From: Candidatus Dojkabacteria bacterium
GTDB lineage: Bacteria > Patescibacteriota > Dojkabacteria > SC72 > JAHDCA01
Assembly (NCBI GenBank): GCA_030583845.1
Contig: CP129478.1
Location: 843,686 to 907,685, forward strand
DNA length: 64,000 nucleotides
Direction: 5' to 3'
The translations under genes and the position numbers were made by a program. Position 1 is the stretch's first letter; every line of letters begins with the position of its first letter. The notes below the pieces were generated by a model. That model ran no database searches and was not told where the DNA came from. It saw only the letters and a program-made list of their open reading frames with translations. Below are positions 26,287 to 36,249 of the stretch, in pieces.

Positions 26287-27129
26287 ATGGAGATTGAATT
26301 GTTTAAAGCGTTCGCGGATAAACCTGATCAAGGAAACCCTGCAGGGGTTATTTTTAATGCTGATAATCTAACTCAAGATAGAATGATAGAAATAGCTGCC
26401 ACACTTAACTATTCTGAAAGCGTATTTATTGTTAAGCCAAGTACTTCTGAAGCAGATTATAGACTCAGGTTTATGACCTCCATAACAGAAGTTGATTCTT
26501 GTGGACACGCAACGCTTGCCGGTGCGCAGGCTATCTATGAGAAAAAACCATTTAATGAGATAAAGGTCGAAACAGGGGCAGGGATACTATCCGTATATAG
26601 AGAAGAGGATGGATCACTCATGATGAAGATGGCAAGATCTGAATTAGTAGATAAGGAATATGATAAGACCGAAATAGGGAAATTATTAGGAATACGCCCC
26701 TCTGACATGTTTGATTTGCCTATCATAACAGCCTCAGTAGGAAGCCCAAAGTTAATGATACCAGTTAAACATTTGAACATTGTAGAAACAGTTCAACCGG
26801 ACTTTGAAGCAATGATTGAGTTTTGTAAAAAATATCCGGTCAAAGGATTTTATGTTTTCACTAAAGAAGTTATTCTCCCAGGCTCTAATTTTCATGCTAG
26901 ACAGTTTAATCCCGCAGCAGGGATTCCTGAAGATCCTATCACAGGTGTGGCGGGTGGAGCGCTTGCTCTTTATGCGAGGGCATACAACCTTATCATTCAC
27001 GATCAAATTATTATTGAACAAGGGTTCGAATTAGGAAAGCCAGGTCGAATAGTAGTTCAAATCAATGATGGTGCTGTTTATGTTGGTGGAAATGCTGTTA
27101 GATTTGGATCTAAGCGATTAGAAATTTAG
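26287..27129 (+). CDS. PhzF-family isomerase-like protein
   Basis: NPAGVIF, SESVFI and SCGHATLA blocks of the PhzF/DapF-like fold. Confidence 0.75.
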   Translation: MEIELFKAFADKPDQGNPAGVIFNADNLTQDRMIEIAATLNYSESVFIVKPSTSEADYRLRFMTSITEVDSCGHATLAGAQAIYEKKPFNEIKVETGAGILSVYREEDGSLMMKMARSELVDKEYDKTEIGKLLGIRPSDMFDLPIITASVGSPKLMIPVKHLNIVETVQPDFEAMIEFCKKYPVKGFYVFTKEVILPGSNFHARQFNPAAGIPEDPITGVAGGALALYARAYNLIIHDQIIIEQGFELGKPGRIVVQINDGAVYVGGNAVRFGSKRLEI

Positions 27130-27135
27130 GTTTGT

Positions 27136-27561
27136 TTGGTAGGAATAAGTAACCGATTTTGTTACAATCCAATTATGAAAATAGACGCCGTCGGAGTTAC
27201 AACAACCAACATGACCAAAACAGTTGAATTCTATACACAACTAGGATTCGACTTCACAGGATTAGACCTAACAGAAGGACATATCGAGCCAGCTACCCCA
27301 GACAGGTCAGCAAGACTAATGATTGATAGTGTAGAGATCATCCGAGATATTCTTGGCGAGGAACCAAGGCCAGCAAACCACTCTCCGTTCGCAATAAGGT
27401 ATGATTCGCCAGAAGAGGTTGATGCCGTCGCCAGCAAGGTGAAGGATAACGGCTTTGTAGTAGTAAAAGAGCCTTGGGATGCTTTCTGGAATCAGCGATA
27501 CGCAGTGGTTGAGGATCCAGATGGTTATAGAGTGGATCTGTATGCGGATCTGTCTCGATAG
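27136..27561 (+). CDS. VOC-family protein (glyoxalase/bleomycin-resistance fold)
   Basis: ~125 aa paired betaalphabetabetabeta modules (MKIDAVGVTTTNMTKTVEFYTQLGF...). Likely start at MKIDAV (~27175). Confidence 0.65.
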   Translation: MVGISNRFCYNPIMKIDAVGVTTTNMTKTVEFYTQLGFDFTGLDLTEGHIEPATPDRSARLMIDSVEIIRDILGEEPRPANHSPFAIRYDSPEEVDAVASKVKDNGFVVVKEPWDAFWNQRYAVVEDPDGYRVDLYADLSR

Positions 27562-27569
27562 AAGCTAGA

Positions 27570-28073
27570 CTAATCGCGGTGACTTTGCACAATTCTGTCG
27601 ATTATCTCTGTAGTAGAAGTAAATGCTTTCTGTCTGCGCGTGAACCTCCTAAGCATTATATCTGCTCGGCTTGTCTGCTCTTCAATCGCGTCCGCGTACC
27701 CATACTCGCGACCGATTGCAACGAAACTTGGTTTAATCTCTCGGTAAAGAAGCGTATACAGGTCTTTGCCCATCGGCTCGTTATTAACAAAAGCGATATT
27801 CACACACTCGCAATTTCCCACTATTCCAACCCTATGCTCTTCGCTAATAATCGGGCGAGGATATTTCTTGTATGAGGTTACATTCTTATCACACTCAACC
27901 ATAACGATGAGAAAATCTGCTGCCTTTTTCGTATCTTCAAGGAGAGTCAGGTGACCTATATGGAACAAATCAAACGCGCCGTGTGTGAAAGCAACTGTCT
28001 TACCGTTTTTCCGCAAATCGTGAGAAATACTACAGATAGTGTCAAGGGAGAATTCGGTATGATTCTTGATCAT
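27570..28073 (-). CDS. cytidylyltransferase-like nucleotidyltransferase (TagD/RfaE-II-like, HxGH motif)
   Basis: TVAFTHGAFDLFHIGHLTLLEDTKKAADFLIVMV matches the (T/H)xGH nucleotidyltransferase signature. Confidence 0.55.
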   Translation of the reverse strand: MIKNHTEFSLDTICSISHDLRKNGKTVAFTHGAFDLFHIGHLTLLEDTKKAADFLIVMVECDKNVTSYKKYPRPIISEEHRVGIVGNCECVNIAFVNNEPMGKDLYTLLYREIKPSFVAIGREYGYADAIEEQTSRADIMLRRFTRRQKAFTSTTEIIDRIVQSHRD

Positions 28074-28142
28074 TTTTGATTATATCAGATGAGCTTGTTT
28101 AGGGTAATCCGATGGAGAGTATTCTAACAAAGTAGCAAGACA

Positions 28143-28535
28143 TTATTTCAGCCTCACAAGCTCACCCTTCCTCTTCACAATATTCTTATAATCCCACTGA
28201 ATATCTACAGACTTTTTCAACCAGCGCTTAAGATCGTCTTCATTAATCTGATCGGGAGACGTATATCTAGCTTCAGCTGCTTTAAAACTACCCTCTTTCT
28301 GCAAACCCTCCTCCTCAAATGATTGTCCGCTCCAGAATAGTAGCCGCACACTATCTTTAAGCTTGCTATATCCTACAATAGGATTGCCATCAATAAACCA
28401 TACAGGGTGGCCATGCCATATCTTATCTTCGGTGCTTGGAAGATTCTCAGAAATCGTTTTAGCAAGCCTCTCGCAGATTTCTCGATCAGCTTCAGAGTGT
28501 TGAGAGCTGTTATATTTTAGAATCTCTACGTTCAT
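28143..28535 (-). CDS. DUF1801 (YdhG-like) domain protein
   Basis: Pattern and length match DUF1801. A second member is at 63239-63616. Confidence 0.45.
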   Translation of the reverse strand: MNVEILKYNSSQHSEADREICERLAKTISENLPSTEDKIWHGHPVWFIDGNPIVGYSKLKDSVRLLFWSGQSFEEEGLQKEGSFKAAEARYTSPDQINEDDLKRWLKKSVDIQWDYKNIVKRKGELVRLK

Positions 28536-28552
28536 ATGCCTCTTCTAATAAC

Positions 28553-29149
28553 TTACTTCTTCACTGCTACAGTCATTTTCTCTCTTGCACTCTTCATTTC
28601 AGTAGACCAAAATACCAGCTCATCCAAGATCCTATTCGCAGCCTCCTCATGCTTCTCATTAAATTGATACTCACCCGACTCATTCTGATTCTCCCAATAA
28701 TTAGGCAAAATCAGCTGCTCGCGCAGGTCGTACATCTTTAATTCGCCACACACTGCCCGCAGATGCTCAACAGACCTCGCACCACCTGCCTCGGCGCCAT
28801 AGCTAATAAAGCTGGCTGGCTTGTGGTTCCACTCGTAATAAAGAAAATCTAATGCATTCTTCAGCGCAGGGGATACAGAGTGGTTATACTCTGGCGTGAC
28901 GAAGAGAAATCCGTCGGATGCTTCAACTTTCTCAGACCAGGCTTTTGTATTATCCTTCGTATACTCACGGGCCTTTGGTGACTTTGGCTCGTCAAGGAAC
29001 GGCAGATTCATCTCGGCAAGGTTTACAAGCTCATATTCTGCATCTTTTCTCTTGGTGGCGATATCATAGATCCAGTTGGATGGCTGGTCGTTGAAGCGGT
29101 TTGGGCGGACAGAGCCTGTAATAATTTTAATCTTTGGCATACTGTACAT
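28553..29149 (-). CDS. NAD(P)H-dependent FMN reductase (flavodoxin-like fold)
   Basis: KIKIITGSVRPNRFN N-terminus and FVTPEYNHSVSPALKNALD block characteristic of NADPH-FMN reductases. Confidence 0.75.
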   Translation of the reverse strand: MYSMPKIKIITGSVRPNRFNDQPSNWIYDIATKRKDAEYELVNLAEMNLPFLDEPKSPKAREYTKDNTKAWSEKVEASDGFLFVTPEYNHSVSPALKNALDFLYYEWNHKPASFISYGAEAGGARSVEHLRAVCGELKMYDLREQLILPNYWENQNESGEYQFNEKHEEAANRILDELVFWSTEMKSAREKMTVAVKK

Positions 29150-29179
29150 TCTATAAAGTTATATTCTTTGACCCCACTG

Positions 29180-30190
29180 CTATTCGTAAATCCGAATAGT
29201 GTGCAAATTACTATTCTTAAGCGTAGTGAGACTATCTACACGAACCTCTTCGAAGTCGCCCATCAGACTAAGCTGTTTCGGTGATAGCACATGTTCCTCG
29301 TATGAGCTGCTACGTCTTTTTAGTACCCCAAAGCCTGTCCAAAATTTTACGGCGGAGTATCTGGTTGTACCTAAGGTAATTGCATCTGGAATTGGGGTGG
29401 TAAACAGAACTATTACATCTGACCCTCGTACAAAGTCTTTCCTTTTACTTAGTAGCCCGTAGGCATCGTGTAGTTGTGTGTTGCTTCTGAGTAGATCTTC
29501 TAGTTCCTCCTGATTTAAGTCAGTTCTATCTTCTTCACCTGCAAAATTATAGTTCAGTATAAATGAGCTTTTCCGCTTTGCCTTCTTCACATCATCAAAG
29601 CCATCCCAGTTATCCTTTGTCTCATTCATGTTCTTTTGTAGCTCTTTTTCAAATTCCTCTTCTGACTCATACAAATCTCTTACCCTTTGCAGCACTATTT
29701 TTAGGTTAGGTGCTAAATGTTGATTAAAGAGATGTAGAATTTCTTTAAATGAGTCTGTGTAGCCGTCGAGTTCTCCTTGAGGAATATTATCCAACCTATT
29801 AATAATCACTTCGTCCGAAGAAAATGCTAACTCAACTCCTGGCTTGTAATGCTCAGCAATCTGGTTCAAAAAGTCAGCATAGTAGGCAATCATAAAAAAC
29901 TCTGCCCAGTCTGTCATTGGGGCTGAAGGTAATGAATGTAGCTTGTAGCCGCCAAACGGAAATGTAAACTTTATTGGCAAATTTGATGAGACAGCAGAAT
30001 CGATCTTCTTCCGACAGTTTTCAGCTGTTAATTCATCGGCTTTCGTTTTCTTAAACTTTCCCGAGGTGATTCTCTCAAAGATAAAGTCAGCGGGGTTTTG
30101 ATCAAGCTTTCTTTTATCCTTAGGCGTTAGGTTATAGGAGTATCTCTTTTCAAGCCTTTCCTTAAGAAATTGTAAGACATCATTCTGCAT
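29180..30190 (-). CDS. hypothetical protein (336 aa)
   Basis: Long ORF with no recognisable motif. Confidence 0.35.
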   Translation of the reverse strand: MQNDVLQFLKERLEKRYSYNLTPKDKRKLDQNPADFIFERITSGKFKKTKADELTAENCRKKIDSAVSSNLPIKFTFPFGGYKLHSLPSAPMTDWAEFFMIAYYADFLNQIAEHYKPGVELAFSSDEVIINRLDNIPQGELDGYTDSFKEILHLFNQHLAPNLKIVLQRVRDLYESEEEFEKELQKNMNETKDNWDGFDDVKKAKRKSSFILNYNFAGEEDRTDLNQEELEDLLRSNTQLHDAYGLLSKRKDFVRGSDVIVLFTTPIPDAITLGTTRYSAVKFWTGFGVLKRRSSSYEEHVLSPKQLSLMGDFEEVRVDSLTTLKNSNLHTIRIYE

Positions 30191-30333
30191 AATGAATCCG
30201 CTTGAATAGAATTGGTGATCCCGGCAGTTTTAAGGCTGCGACCTCTTCTATGTATTAGAAGCGCTCTTACCTGAGCTACAGGATCAACAAATTGTAGCAT
30301 TAAATCAGTAACGATCAAAGACAATCCGTGCTA

Positions 30334-30732
30334 CTAGCCCTTCGACTCTTCTGTTGTGCTCTCAGTAACAGTTGTCTCTACAGGCTTTGCAGGGACCTCA
30401 GTCGCGCTCTCTGTTGGTGCAGCTGTTGTTGTGGTTGTAGTCGTCGTCGTCTTGCTGTAGCCAGGAATCTTATCTCTATTCGAGTAGCCGCTGGTTGAGT
30501 ATGAAGCAATATCTGCAAGCAATGCTAAACCAAGCCATACCCAGTCAAATCCGACCACACCATTTGTTCCCACTGCTACATACATCAATGTAGTCCATGG
30601 TAGGAATACTAAACCTATAAATGGCCAGATCCATGTCTCGAAAACTATATTAAATCGAGCTGGTGATACCAACCACCACGAAAGTAGTCCAAGTCTAGGA
30701 CCAAAAAGTAAGATAATGAAGAATAAACACAT
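30334..30732 (-). CDS. small membrane protein with Thr-rich C-terminal tail
   Basis: Three or four hydrophobic helices, then TTTTTTTTTAAPTESATE. Confidence 0.4.
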   Translation of the reverse strand: MCLFFIILLFGPRLGLLSWWLVSPARFNIVFETWIWPFIGLVFLPWTTLMYVAVGTNGVVGFDWVWLGLALLADIASYSTSGYSNRDKIPGYSKTTTTTTTTTAAPTESATEVPAKPVETTVTESTTEESKG

Positions 30733-30930
30733 ATGAGCTAACCCCCCTCAAGTTAATTACTTTCATTATAAGTAAGAAGTCAAAGTATTGCAAAGTTTTA
30801 TTGGGGGATTACGCCTTAATGCCTTATGTGTGCCCTTTATTGCGAATTTGCGTATCCTGTAGTATAATTTATGTAATGGGCGGCGTAATATGCCGATATT
30901 ATTACAGATGCAGGGGTAATCAGCAAATTT

Positions 30931-32682
30931 ATGAACACTATAGAACTTGTACAATTCAAGGATTCTGTGTTGAAGCACTTCCATAATAACTCGCGCACTT
31001 TGGCTGCGCAAGAAATTGACGGCTTTATACAGCTGCTTGAGCAGATTGTCAGTATGGATAACAGCGCCACCAGCCGCAAAGGTAAGGTGAAGGCTGAATT
31101 TATCTCTCGCTGGCTTAACCAGAACGGATGCAAATCAAAAGTACTGAAGCTAGAGAATAGTGAGAATTATGCTGTCGCAAATGAGGATAACTCTTGGTAT
31201 GTGGTTGAGGCATATGTGGGTGCTGAAGATTTTGTAGATAATGGTAAAAATGCAATCTTCTCAGTTCACCACGACCATGTCGCTCGAAATGATTCTCAGA
31301 TTAAGCTTGAAGGTGGCAAAATGTCTGCACAGGGTATCGTCGACGATAGCATCAACCTAGTGTCTGCACTGTACGAGTTTGTAAACTTCAACCGCTGGTA
31401 CGAGGAGAACAAGGATTCTCTTGACCAAAATATCTGCGTAAAGCTAATAGTTAGCGATGGTGAAGAGGTAAATACGCAGGGTATGAAGTATTTGATGAAC
31501 CAGTGGTATGAGACAGGCAAGCTAAAGGAGTTGGCTTACATGATTGTGTGCGAAGCGACCAGCAAAGCTCAGCAGTTCGATGAGGTAGGTAATGCAGTTA
31601 TTAATGAAAATATCGTTCCAGGTATAGCTTATGCCAACCGTGGTAAGGTTACTGGTACTTTTAGATTCGGCTCAGGAGAGGCTTCATGTAGCGATATCGC
31701 TCAATCTGTGTTCAGCTTCTTAAGAGTGTGGCAGGAGTATTTCCATGTAAATTCTATGAGTAGCGAGACCTCAACCGATCGCGAGCAACTAATTGCCACG
31801 GAGCTAATTCCCACATATTTTAATTTGGATGGGCATGAAGGTGACTTCATCTGGGAGCTTCGAACCAACAAGAAGATCGGTGCCTGCGAGGGATTTAAGC
31901 TAATGGAGAAGGCGGTTCTTGATAGCAACCACATTGATAGGGTACAGAAAGTTGATAACTCGGCTCTCCAATGCAAATTCGCAGAGATGTACAAATATGA
32001 GATCACATCCGAGGGTGCAATTGTCGAGATTGATCTAAAGGACAGTATACATCCAGCCAACTTTGTCTTAGGGAAGACCTGTGATCCTCTAACCCTTTCA
32101 ATGCTGTTCCTGGCTGGAATGTTCGACGAGGATAGGATGAAGCTGACTTCAGTCCAGTGGGGTGATGTAAATAAGCCTAACAGCGTCCCACAATTTGCCA
32201 AGCTTTATTTCTCCTCAAATATTAATTTCGAGGCCGTGCTCAATAGGATGCTTAAGGCTGACTATCTCGAGTTGGTTGAGAAATATATTGAGCGAGGCAT
32301 CGAATTGGTGAAAAGCTCTAAGGTAAAGATGTCTATAGAGCGAAATCAGGCTGCATCATGTCGTGAAGGTCTTGAGGTACAAGAGAAAGATTGGGGATTG
32401 GTTGAAGCTGCACAGAACAACCTTAAAAAGAATATTAACGAAGCATTTGGCATTGAATGTACCCCAAGAATCAATGTATTCAACGCGATGCATGACGGTG
32501 GTCCTAGCACATATGAGCATATCCACCCAATTGTATGGGCAAATGGTGAGAAGTTAATAACAATTGGTGTCGGTGACTTTAACAAGCTTCACGGACATGA
32601 GACATTAAGCCCAGCAGAACTAGCTGCCGCAATGGTGCAATACAAAGATCTCTTGAGATCTTTAACTTTCCCAATTAAGTAA
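30931..32682 (+). CDS. hypothetical protein (583 aa), possibly a metallohydrolase
   Basis: Long ORF. HHDH and a C-terminal HGHE motif weakly recall M20-type hydrolases; not convincing. Confidence 0.35.
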   Translation: MNTIELVQFKDSVLKHFHNNSRTLAAQEIDGFIQLLEQIVSMDNSATSRKGKVKAEFISRWLNQNGCKSKVLKLENSENYAVANEDNSWYVVEAYVGAEDFVDNGKNAIFSVHHDHVARNDSQIKLEGGKMSAQGIVDDSINLVSALYEFVNFNRWYEENKDSLDQNICVKLIVSDGEEVNTQGMKYLMNQWYETGKLKELAYMIVCEATSKAQQFDEVGNAVINENIVPGIAYANRGKVTGTFRFGSGEASCSDIAQSVFSFLRVWQEYFHVNSMSSETSTDREQLIATELIPTYFNLDGHEGDFIWELRTNKKIGACEGFKLMEKAVLDSNHIDRVQKVDNSALQCKFAEMYKYEITSEGAIVEIDLKDSIHPANFVLGKTCDPLTLSMLFLAGMFDEDRMKLTSVQWGDVNKPNSVPQFAKLYFSSNINFEAVLNRMLKADYLELVEKYIERGIELVKSSKVKMSIERNQAASCREGLEVQEKDWGLVEAAQNNLKKNINEAFGIECTPRINVFNAMHDGGPSTYEHIHPIVWANGEKLITIGVGDFNKLHGHETLSPAELAAAMVQYKDLLRSLTFPIK

Positions 32683-32712
32683 GGTTAATCTTTCACGCTA
32701 TCTGATCGCCCG

Positions 32713-32741
32713 TTGACAGGGTGTAGTGGGTGTTGTATATT
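32713..32741 (+). promoter_or_regulatory. sigma70-type promoter of lexA (TTGACA-N17-TATATT)
   Basis: Consensus -35, 17-nt spacer and a near-consensus -10, ~60 nt upstream of the lexA ATG. Confidence 0.6.
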
Positions 32742-32744
32742 GGG

Positions 32745-32778
32745 GTGTAGTGGGTGTAGTGGGTGTAGTGGGTGTAGC
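32745..32778 (+). repeat. tandem 9-mer array (GTGTAGTGG x3.8, plus one copy inside the promoter spacer at 32721-32729) in the lexA operator/5'UTR region
   Basis: Seen directly. Confidence 0.8.
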
Positions 32779-32799
32779 TAATTTGTTAGGGGTAATCAG

Positions 32800-33495
32800 A
32801 TGGAAGTCGCATTAACCAAGAAGCAGGCAGAAGTTCTTGATCTCATTAAGCATAAATTTGATCAAGATGGTACCGCTCCCTCTCTTAACGAGATGATGGG
32901 TGAGCTTGGCTTATCCACTAAGAAGAGTGTAGCTTTCCACCTAGATGCCCTTGAGAGAAAAGGCTATATCGTCCGAAATGGACGGGCTCGTGGCATCAAG
33001 CTTCTGGGTGACCTAGCAGGCGATTTTATTACTGTCCCGCTAATGGGTTTTGCAAATGCTGGTGAGCCGCTCATGACTGCTGAGGATGAGTATCTTGGCG
33101 AGCTTACAGTGGATAGAAGTCTCTTGAAAAGTAGTAGAAAGGTTTTCGGTGTAGAGCTTCGAGGAGACTCTATGGATCGTAAAAAGATGAATGGCGTACA
33201 TATGAGAAACGGCAACTATGCAATCATTGCCAAAGATGCAGAGGTGCGAAATGGCGATGTGGTTTTAGCAGTGATTAATCATGGGGCTACGGTAAAGACC
33301 TTTAAGCGAGATGGCAAGGTTGTCACACTATTCCCAGAGTCCACAAACCCTATCCATAAGCCAATATATGTCGACAACGAAAACTCTACATATATAGCGG
33401 GCAAAGTGATCACTGTGCTTAATAATCCTGTTAACGAGAAATCAGAGAATATGGGTGACTCGAAAATTGGCTCATTGAGGAAACTGAACTCGTAA
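32800..33495 (+). CDS. lexA: LexA repressor (S24 peptidase), with C-terminal extension
   Basis: N-terminal wHTH (LTKKQAEVLDLIK...GYIVRNGRARGIKLL), Ala-Gly cleavage site, catalytic GDSM Ser and downstream Lys. Confidence 0.85.
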   Translation: MEVALTKKQAEVLDLIKHKFDQDGTAPSLNEMMGELGLSTKKSVAFHLDALERKGYIVRNGRARGIKLLGDLAGDFITVPLMGFANAGEPLMTAEDEYLGELTVDRSLLKSSRKVFGVELRGDSMDRKKMNGVHMRNGNYAIIAKDAEVRNGDVVLAVINHGATVKTFKRDGKVVTLFPESTNPIHKPIYVDNENSTYIAGKVITVLNNPVNEKSENMGDSKIGSLRKLNS

Positions 33496-33500
33496 ATAAG

Positions 33501-33884
33501 ATGACGCCGCTCTACTTCTCTCCTATATATGCCGGATTCCCCGGGATAGTAGAAGAGGTGGTGGAGAAGAAGCTCGATCTTAATGAGTTCCTCATTAAAA
33601 ACCCTGAGGCAACATATTTCCTGAGAGTTAGCGGGGATTCAATGGTTGGAGCTGGTATCTACAATGGAGATCTTCTTATCGTGGACCGGTCGCAAGCCGT
33701 AAAGAGCGGTGATATCATCATTGCCTCTATAAATGGTGAGTTCACAGTCAAGCGATTGGAAAAGAAAGGAGATCGCTTCTTGTTGTTACCAGAGAATTCC
33801 CGATACAAATCTATGATGATCCATGAAGAAGATGACTTCCTCTCATGGGGTAAGGTTATCTACGTGATCCATCAGGCCATATGA
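33501..33884 (+). CDS. umuD: UmuD-like S24 peptidase (translesion polymerase accessory subunit)
   Basis: VSGDSMVGAGIYNGDLLIVD catalytic block. 127 aa, immediately upstream of and overlapping the Y-family polymerase gene. Confidence 0.75.
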   Translation: MTPLYFSPIYAGFPGIVEEVVEKKLDLNEFLIKNPEATYFLRVSGDSMVGAGIYNGDLLIVDRSQAVKSGDIIIASINGEFTVKRLEKKGDRFLLLPENSRYKSMMIHEEDDFLSWGKVIYVIHQAI

Positions 33885-35167
33885 GGAGCATAGGCCTAGT
33901 TGATTGCAACAACTTTTTCGTATCGTGCGAACGGGCGTTTAACCCGAAATTTAAAGATAGACCCGTCTTAGTCCTCTCCAATAACGACGGGTGTGTTGTT
34001 GCACGCTCCAATGAGGTGCGGCAGCTCAATATCCCGATGGGCGTGCCGTACTATCAGGTGGAAGCATTGGTGAAGAAGCATAATGTGAAGGTATTTTCGT
34101 CGAACTACCCCCTCTATATAGATATGTCGCGCAGAGTTTTGCGGATATTGAAGAACCGCATCCCGAAGGTGGAGTTTTACTCTATAGATGAGGCGTTCCT
34201 CGACCTTGAGGGCTACAATCCGCAACAGATTGGTGCTCAGATGAGATCTCTGCGGGCAGATATACTTACTTGGACCGGTATACCAGTCTCTATTGGCGTG
34301 GCTGCTACGAAAACTCTCGCGAAGATAGGCTCGGAGGTGGCAAAGAAAAACCCGGAGCTAGGCGGCTGTGTAGATTTCGGCAATATGACACACGAAGAGC
34401 AGGATTGTGTGCTGGAGAGCTTGCCTGTCTCGGAGGTGTGGGGAGTCGGCAGGCAGCTCTCCAAGAAATATGAAAAGATTGGTGTAGATAGTGTGTTGGA
34501 TCTCAAAAGAATGGACGGAAAAACAGTGCGCAAAATGGCTACCGTGGCTGGGTATCGCACCTGGCTTGAGCTAAACGGCACGCGCTGCTTCGAGGTGCAT
34601 CAAGACCATTCATATAGGGAGAGCATTGCCTACACCAGGTCGTTCGGATATAAAGTAACTCGGAAAGAGGAGATCCTTGAGAGTGTTGCTTTCTATGCTG
34701 CAAGCGCTAGCGAGAAGCTGAGGAGGCAGGGATGCGCAGCCAGCTCGATGTATCTTTTCCTCATCATTAAGAATTCGCAAGAGTCGCAGCATAAATACTC
34801 GACGCTCTATAAGAAGGTGAATTTTCAGATGCCCTCTTTCGAGACTCAAGATATAGCCGCATATGCCACTCAGGCGGCCTCTGAGATCTTCCGACCAGGT
34901 TATAGATATAAAAAAGCAGGAGTGTGTTTATACAATATTGTGCCTTTAGACAGCCTACAGCTTCAGCTTTGGGGTAGGATCTCAAGTGAGGAGAGTGTTG
35001 CAAAGAGAATTAATCTAAATAAATATATAGATAGTATAAACTTGAAATGGGGGCGAGGTGCTGTAAGAATAGCATCGGAAGGAGTAGGTCATCGGTGGAA
35101 GATGAAATCAGAAAGCCGCTCGCCATCCTACACTACGGAGTGGAATGAGCTTCTTACAGTAAGCTAG
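33881..35167 (+). CDS. umuC: Y-family DNA polymerase (UmuC/DinB-like)
   Basis: N-terminal GLVDCNNFFVSCE and SIDEAFLD catalytic motifs. 428 aa. Confidence 0.85.
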   Translation: MRSIGLVDCNNFFVSCERAFNPKFKDRPVLVLSNNDGCVVARSNEVRQLNIPMGVPYYQVEALVKKHNVKVFSSNYPLYIDMSRRVLRILKNRIPKVEFYSIDEAFLDLEGYNPQQIGAQMRSLRADILTWTGIPVSIGVAATKTLAKIGSEVAKKNPELGGCVDFGNMTHEEQDCVLESLPVSEVWGVGRQLSKKYEKIGVDSVLDLKRMDGKTVRKMATVAGYRTWLELNGTRCFEVHQDHSYRESIAYTRSFGYKVTRKEEILESVAFYAASASEKLRRQGCAASSMYLFLIIKNSQESQHKYSTLYKKVNFQMPSFETQDIAAYATQAASEIFRPGYRYKKAGVCLYNIVPLDSLQLQLWGRISSEESVAKRINLNKYIDSINLKWGRGAVRIASEGVGHRWKMKSESRSPSYTTEWNELLTVS

Positions 35168-35191
35168 CCCAATAACTGAGAGAATTAAAGA

Positions 35192-36022
35192 ATGCCAAAA
35201 GATCCGCAAATATTAAAAGAGGTAAAGCAGAGAGAGAAGGCAAAGCGCAAAAAGTTGCTGGTCAAGATTGCGATCAGTAGTGTTCTGCTTGTCTTGGTTT
35301 TGCTGCTGGGGCTGGTGATCAGCCGGACAACCTGGGTTGATGTAAAGCATGTCGAGGTCCGAACGGCTGATAACTCCGATCTGGTAAATGCCGATAGGGA
35401 GCTGCTGACAGCGGTCGTCGAAGATAAAGTGATCGGCGCAAACCTATTCTCAGTTGATATTCGTGAGGTGCGAAAGATCTTGCTCGAGTCCAACCCATTT
35501 ATTAAAGATGTGTATGTAGAGAAGCATTTCCCAAACAGAGTTGTAGCCACCCTCACAGAGCGTGAGCCTTACCTTTTGGTCGACACAACAAATAACTGCT
35601 ACCTACTGGATACAGAGGGATATGTGTTGGCCAAAACCACGGGTGAAGAAGAGATCGAAGTCGAGCCGCAGCTGGATTGCATGACGATGAAGGAGAAATT
35701 CCCGGTGGTTATTGTGTACTCGACCGATGTGAAAGCGGATTTTCCGCTTGGTGAGCAGTCTACATTTTATGAGGCTGTGAAGATCTCTATCTTTAGTAAA
35801 GTGCTCAAGGACAATGGATATATATTGGAGAATGTCGAGCTAGTCGAGGGGATTTTCCTGCTACAAGTCGGAGTAGATAAGCTGATCGTCTTTTCTGATT
35901 CGCAAGATCTTGATATACAGCTCAAGAGATTTCTCTTGGTGACAGACAAGATAGAAGAGGAAGGGCTAACTTTCCGTACCTTGGATCTTCGATATAAGCG
36001 GCCGATCTTAAAAAAGATTTAA
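35192..36022 (+). CDS. ftsQ: cell division protein FtsQ/DivIB (POTRA domain)
   Basis: N-terminal TM then a POTRA-like domain. Sits upstream of ftsA-ftsZ. Confidence 0.6.
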   Translation: MPKDPQILKEVKQREKAKRKKLLVKIAISSVLLVLVLLLGLVISRTTWVDVKHVEVRTADNSDLVNADRELLTAVVEDKVIGANLFSVDIREVRKILLESNPFIKDVYVEKHFPNRVVATLTEREPYLLVDTTNNCYLLDTEGYVLAKTTGEEEIEVEPQLDCMTMKEKFPVVIVYSTDVKADFPLGEQSTFYEAVKISIFSKVLKDNGYILENVELVEGIFLLQVGVDKLIVFSDSQDLDIQLKRFLLVTDKIEEEGLTFRTLDLRYKRPILKKI

Positions 36023-36249
36023 TCAAGGCTGCGTTAAAATCCTACAAGACAGTTTTCTGATTGATTGCCTCTCAGGAATAGGGTTAAAATTGGCTACTCC
36101 CCAAAACGTTGTACTATAGAGACTAAACTCTTGCGCGCGGAAACCTTTTACTATATATTGAATTAAGCTCATGGATCCTGTAGATTAAGAACCGGAAAAG
36201 AGCTATGAATAAGCGAACAATTAATATTTGTAACTGCTCCTGTTAGAAA

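Noticed and set aside
32745-32778. Tandem GTGTAGTGG repeats as a possible CRISPR array
   Set aside because: Repeat unit is only 9 nt with no spacers and no cas genes. It is a simple tandem repeat in a promoter region.
36023-36249. 227-nt gap between ftsQ and ftsA as a possible hidden small gene or RNA
   Set aside because: No ORF with coding character and no strong structure seen. Most simply the internal ftsA/ftsZ promoter region common in dcw clusters.
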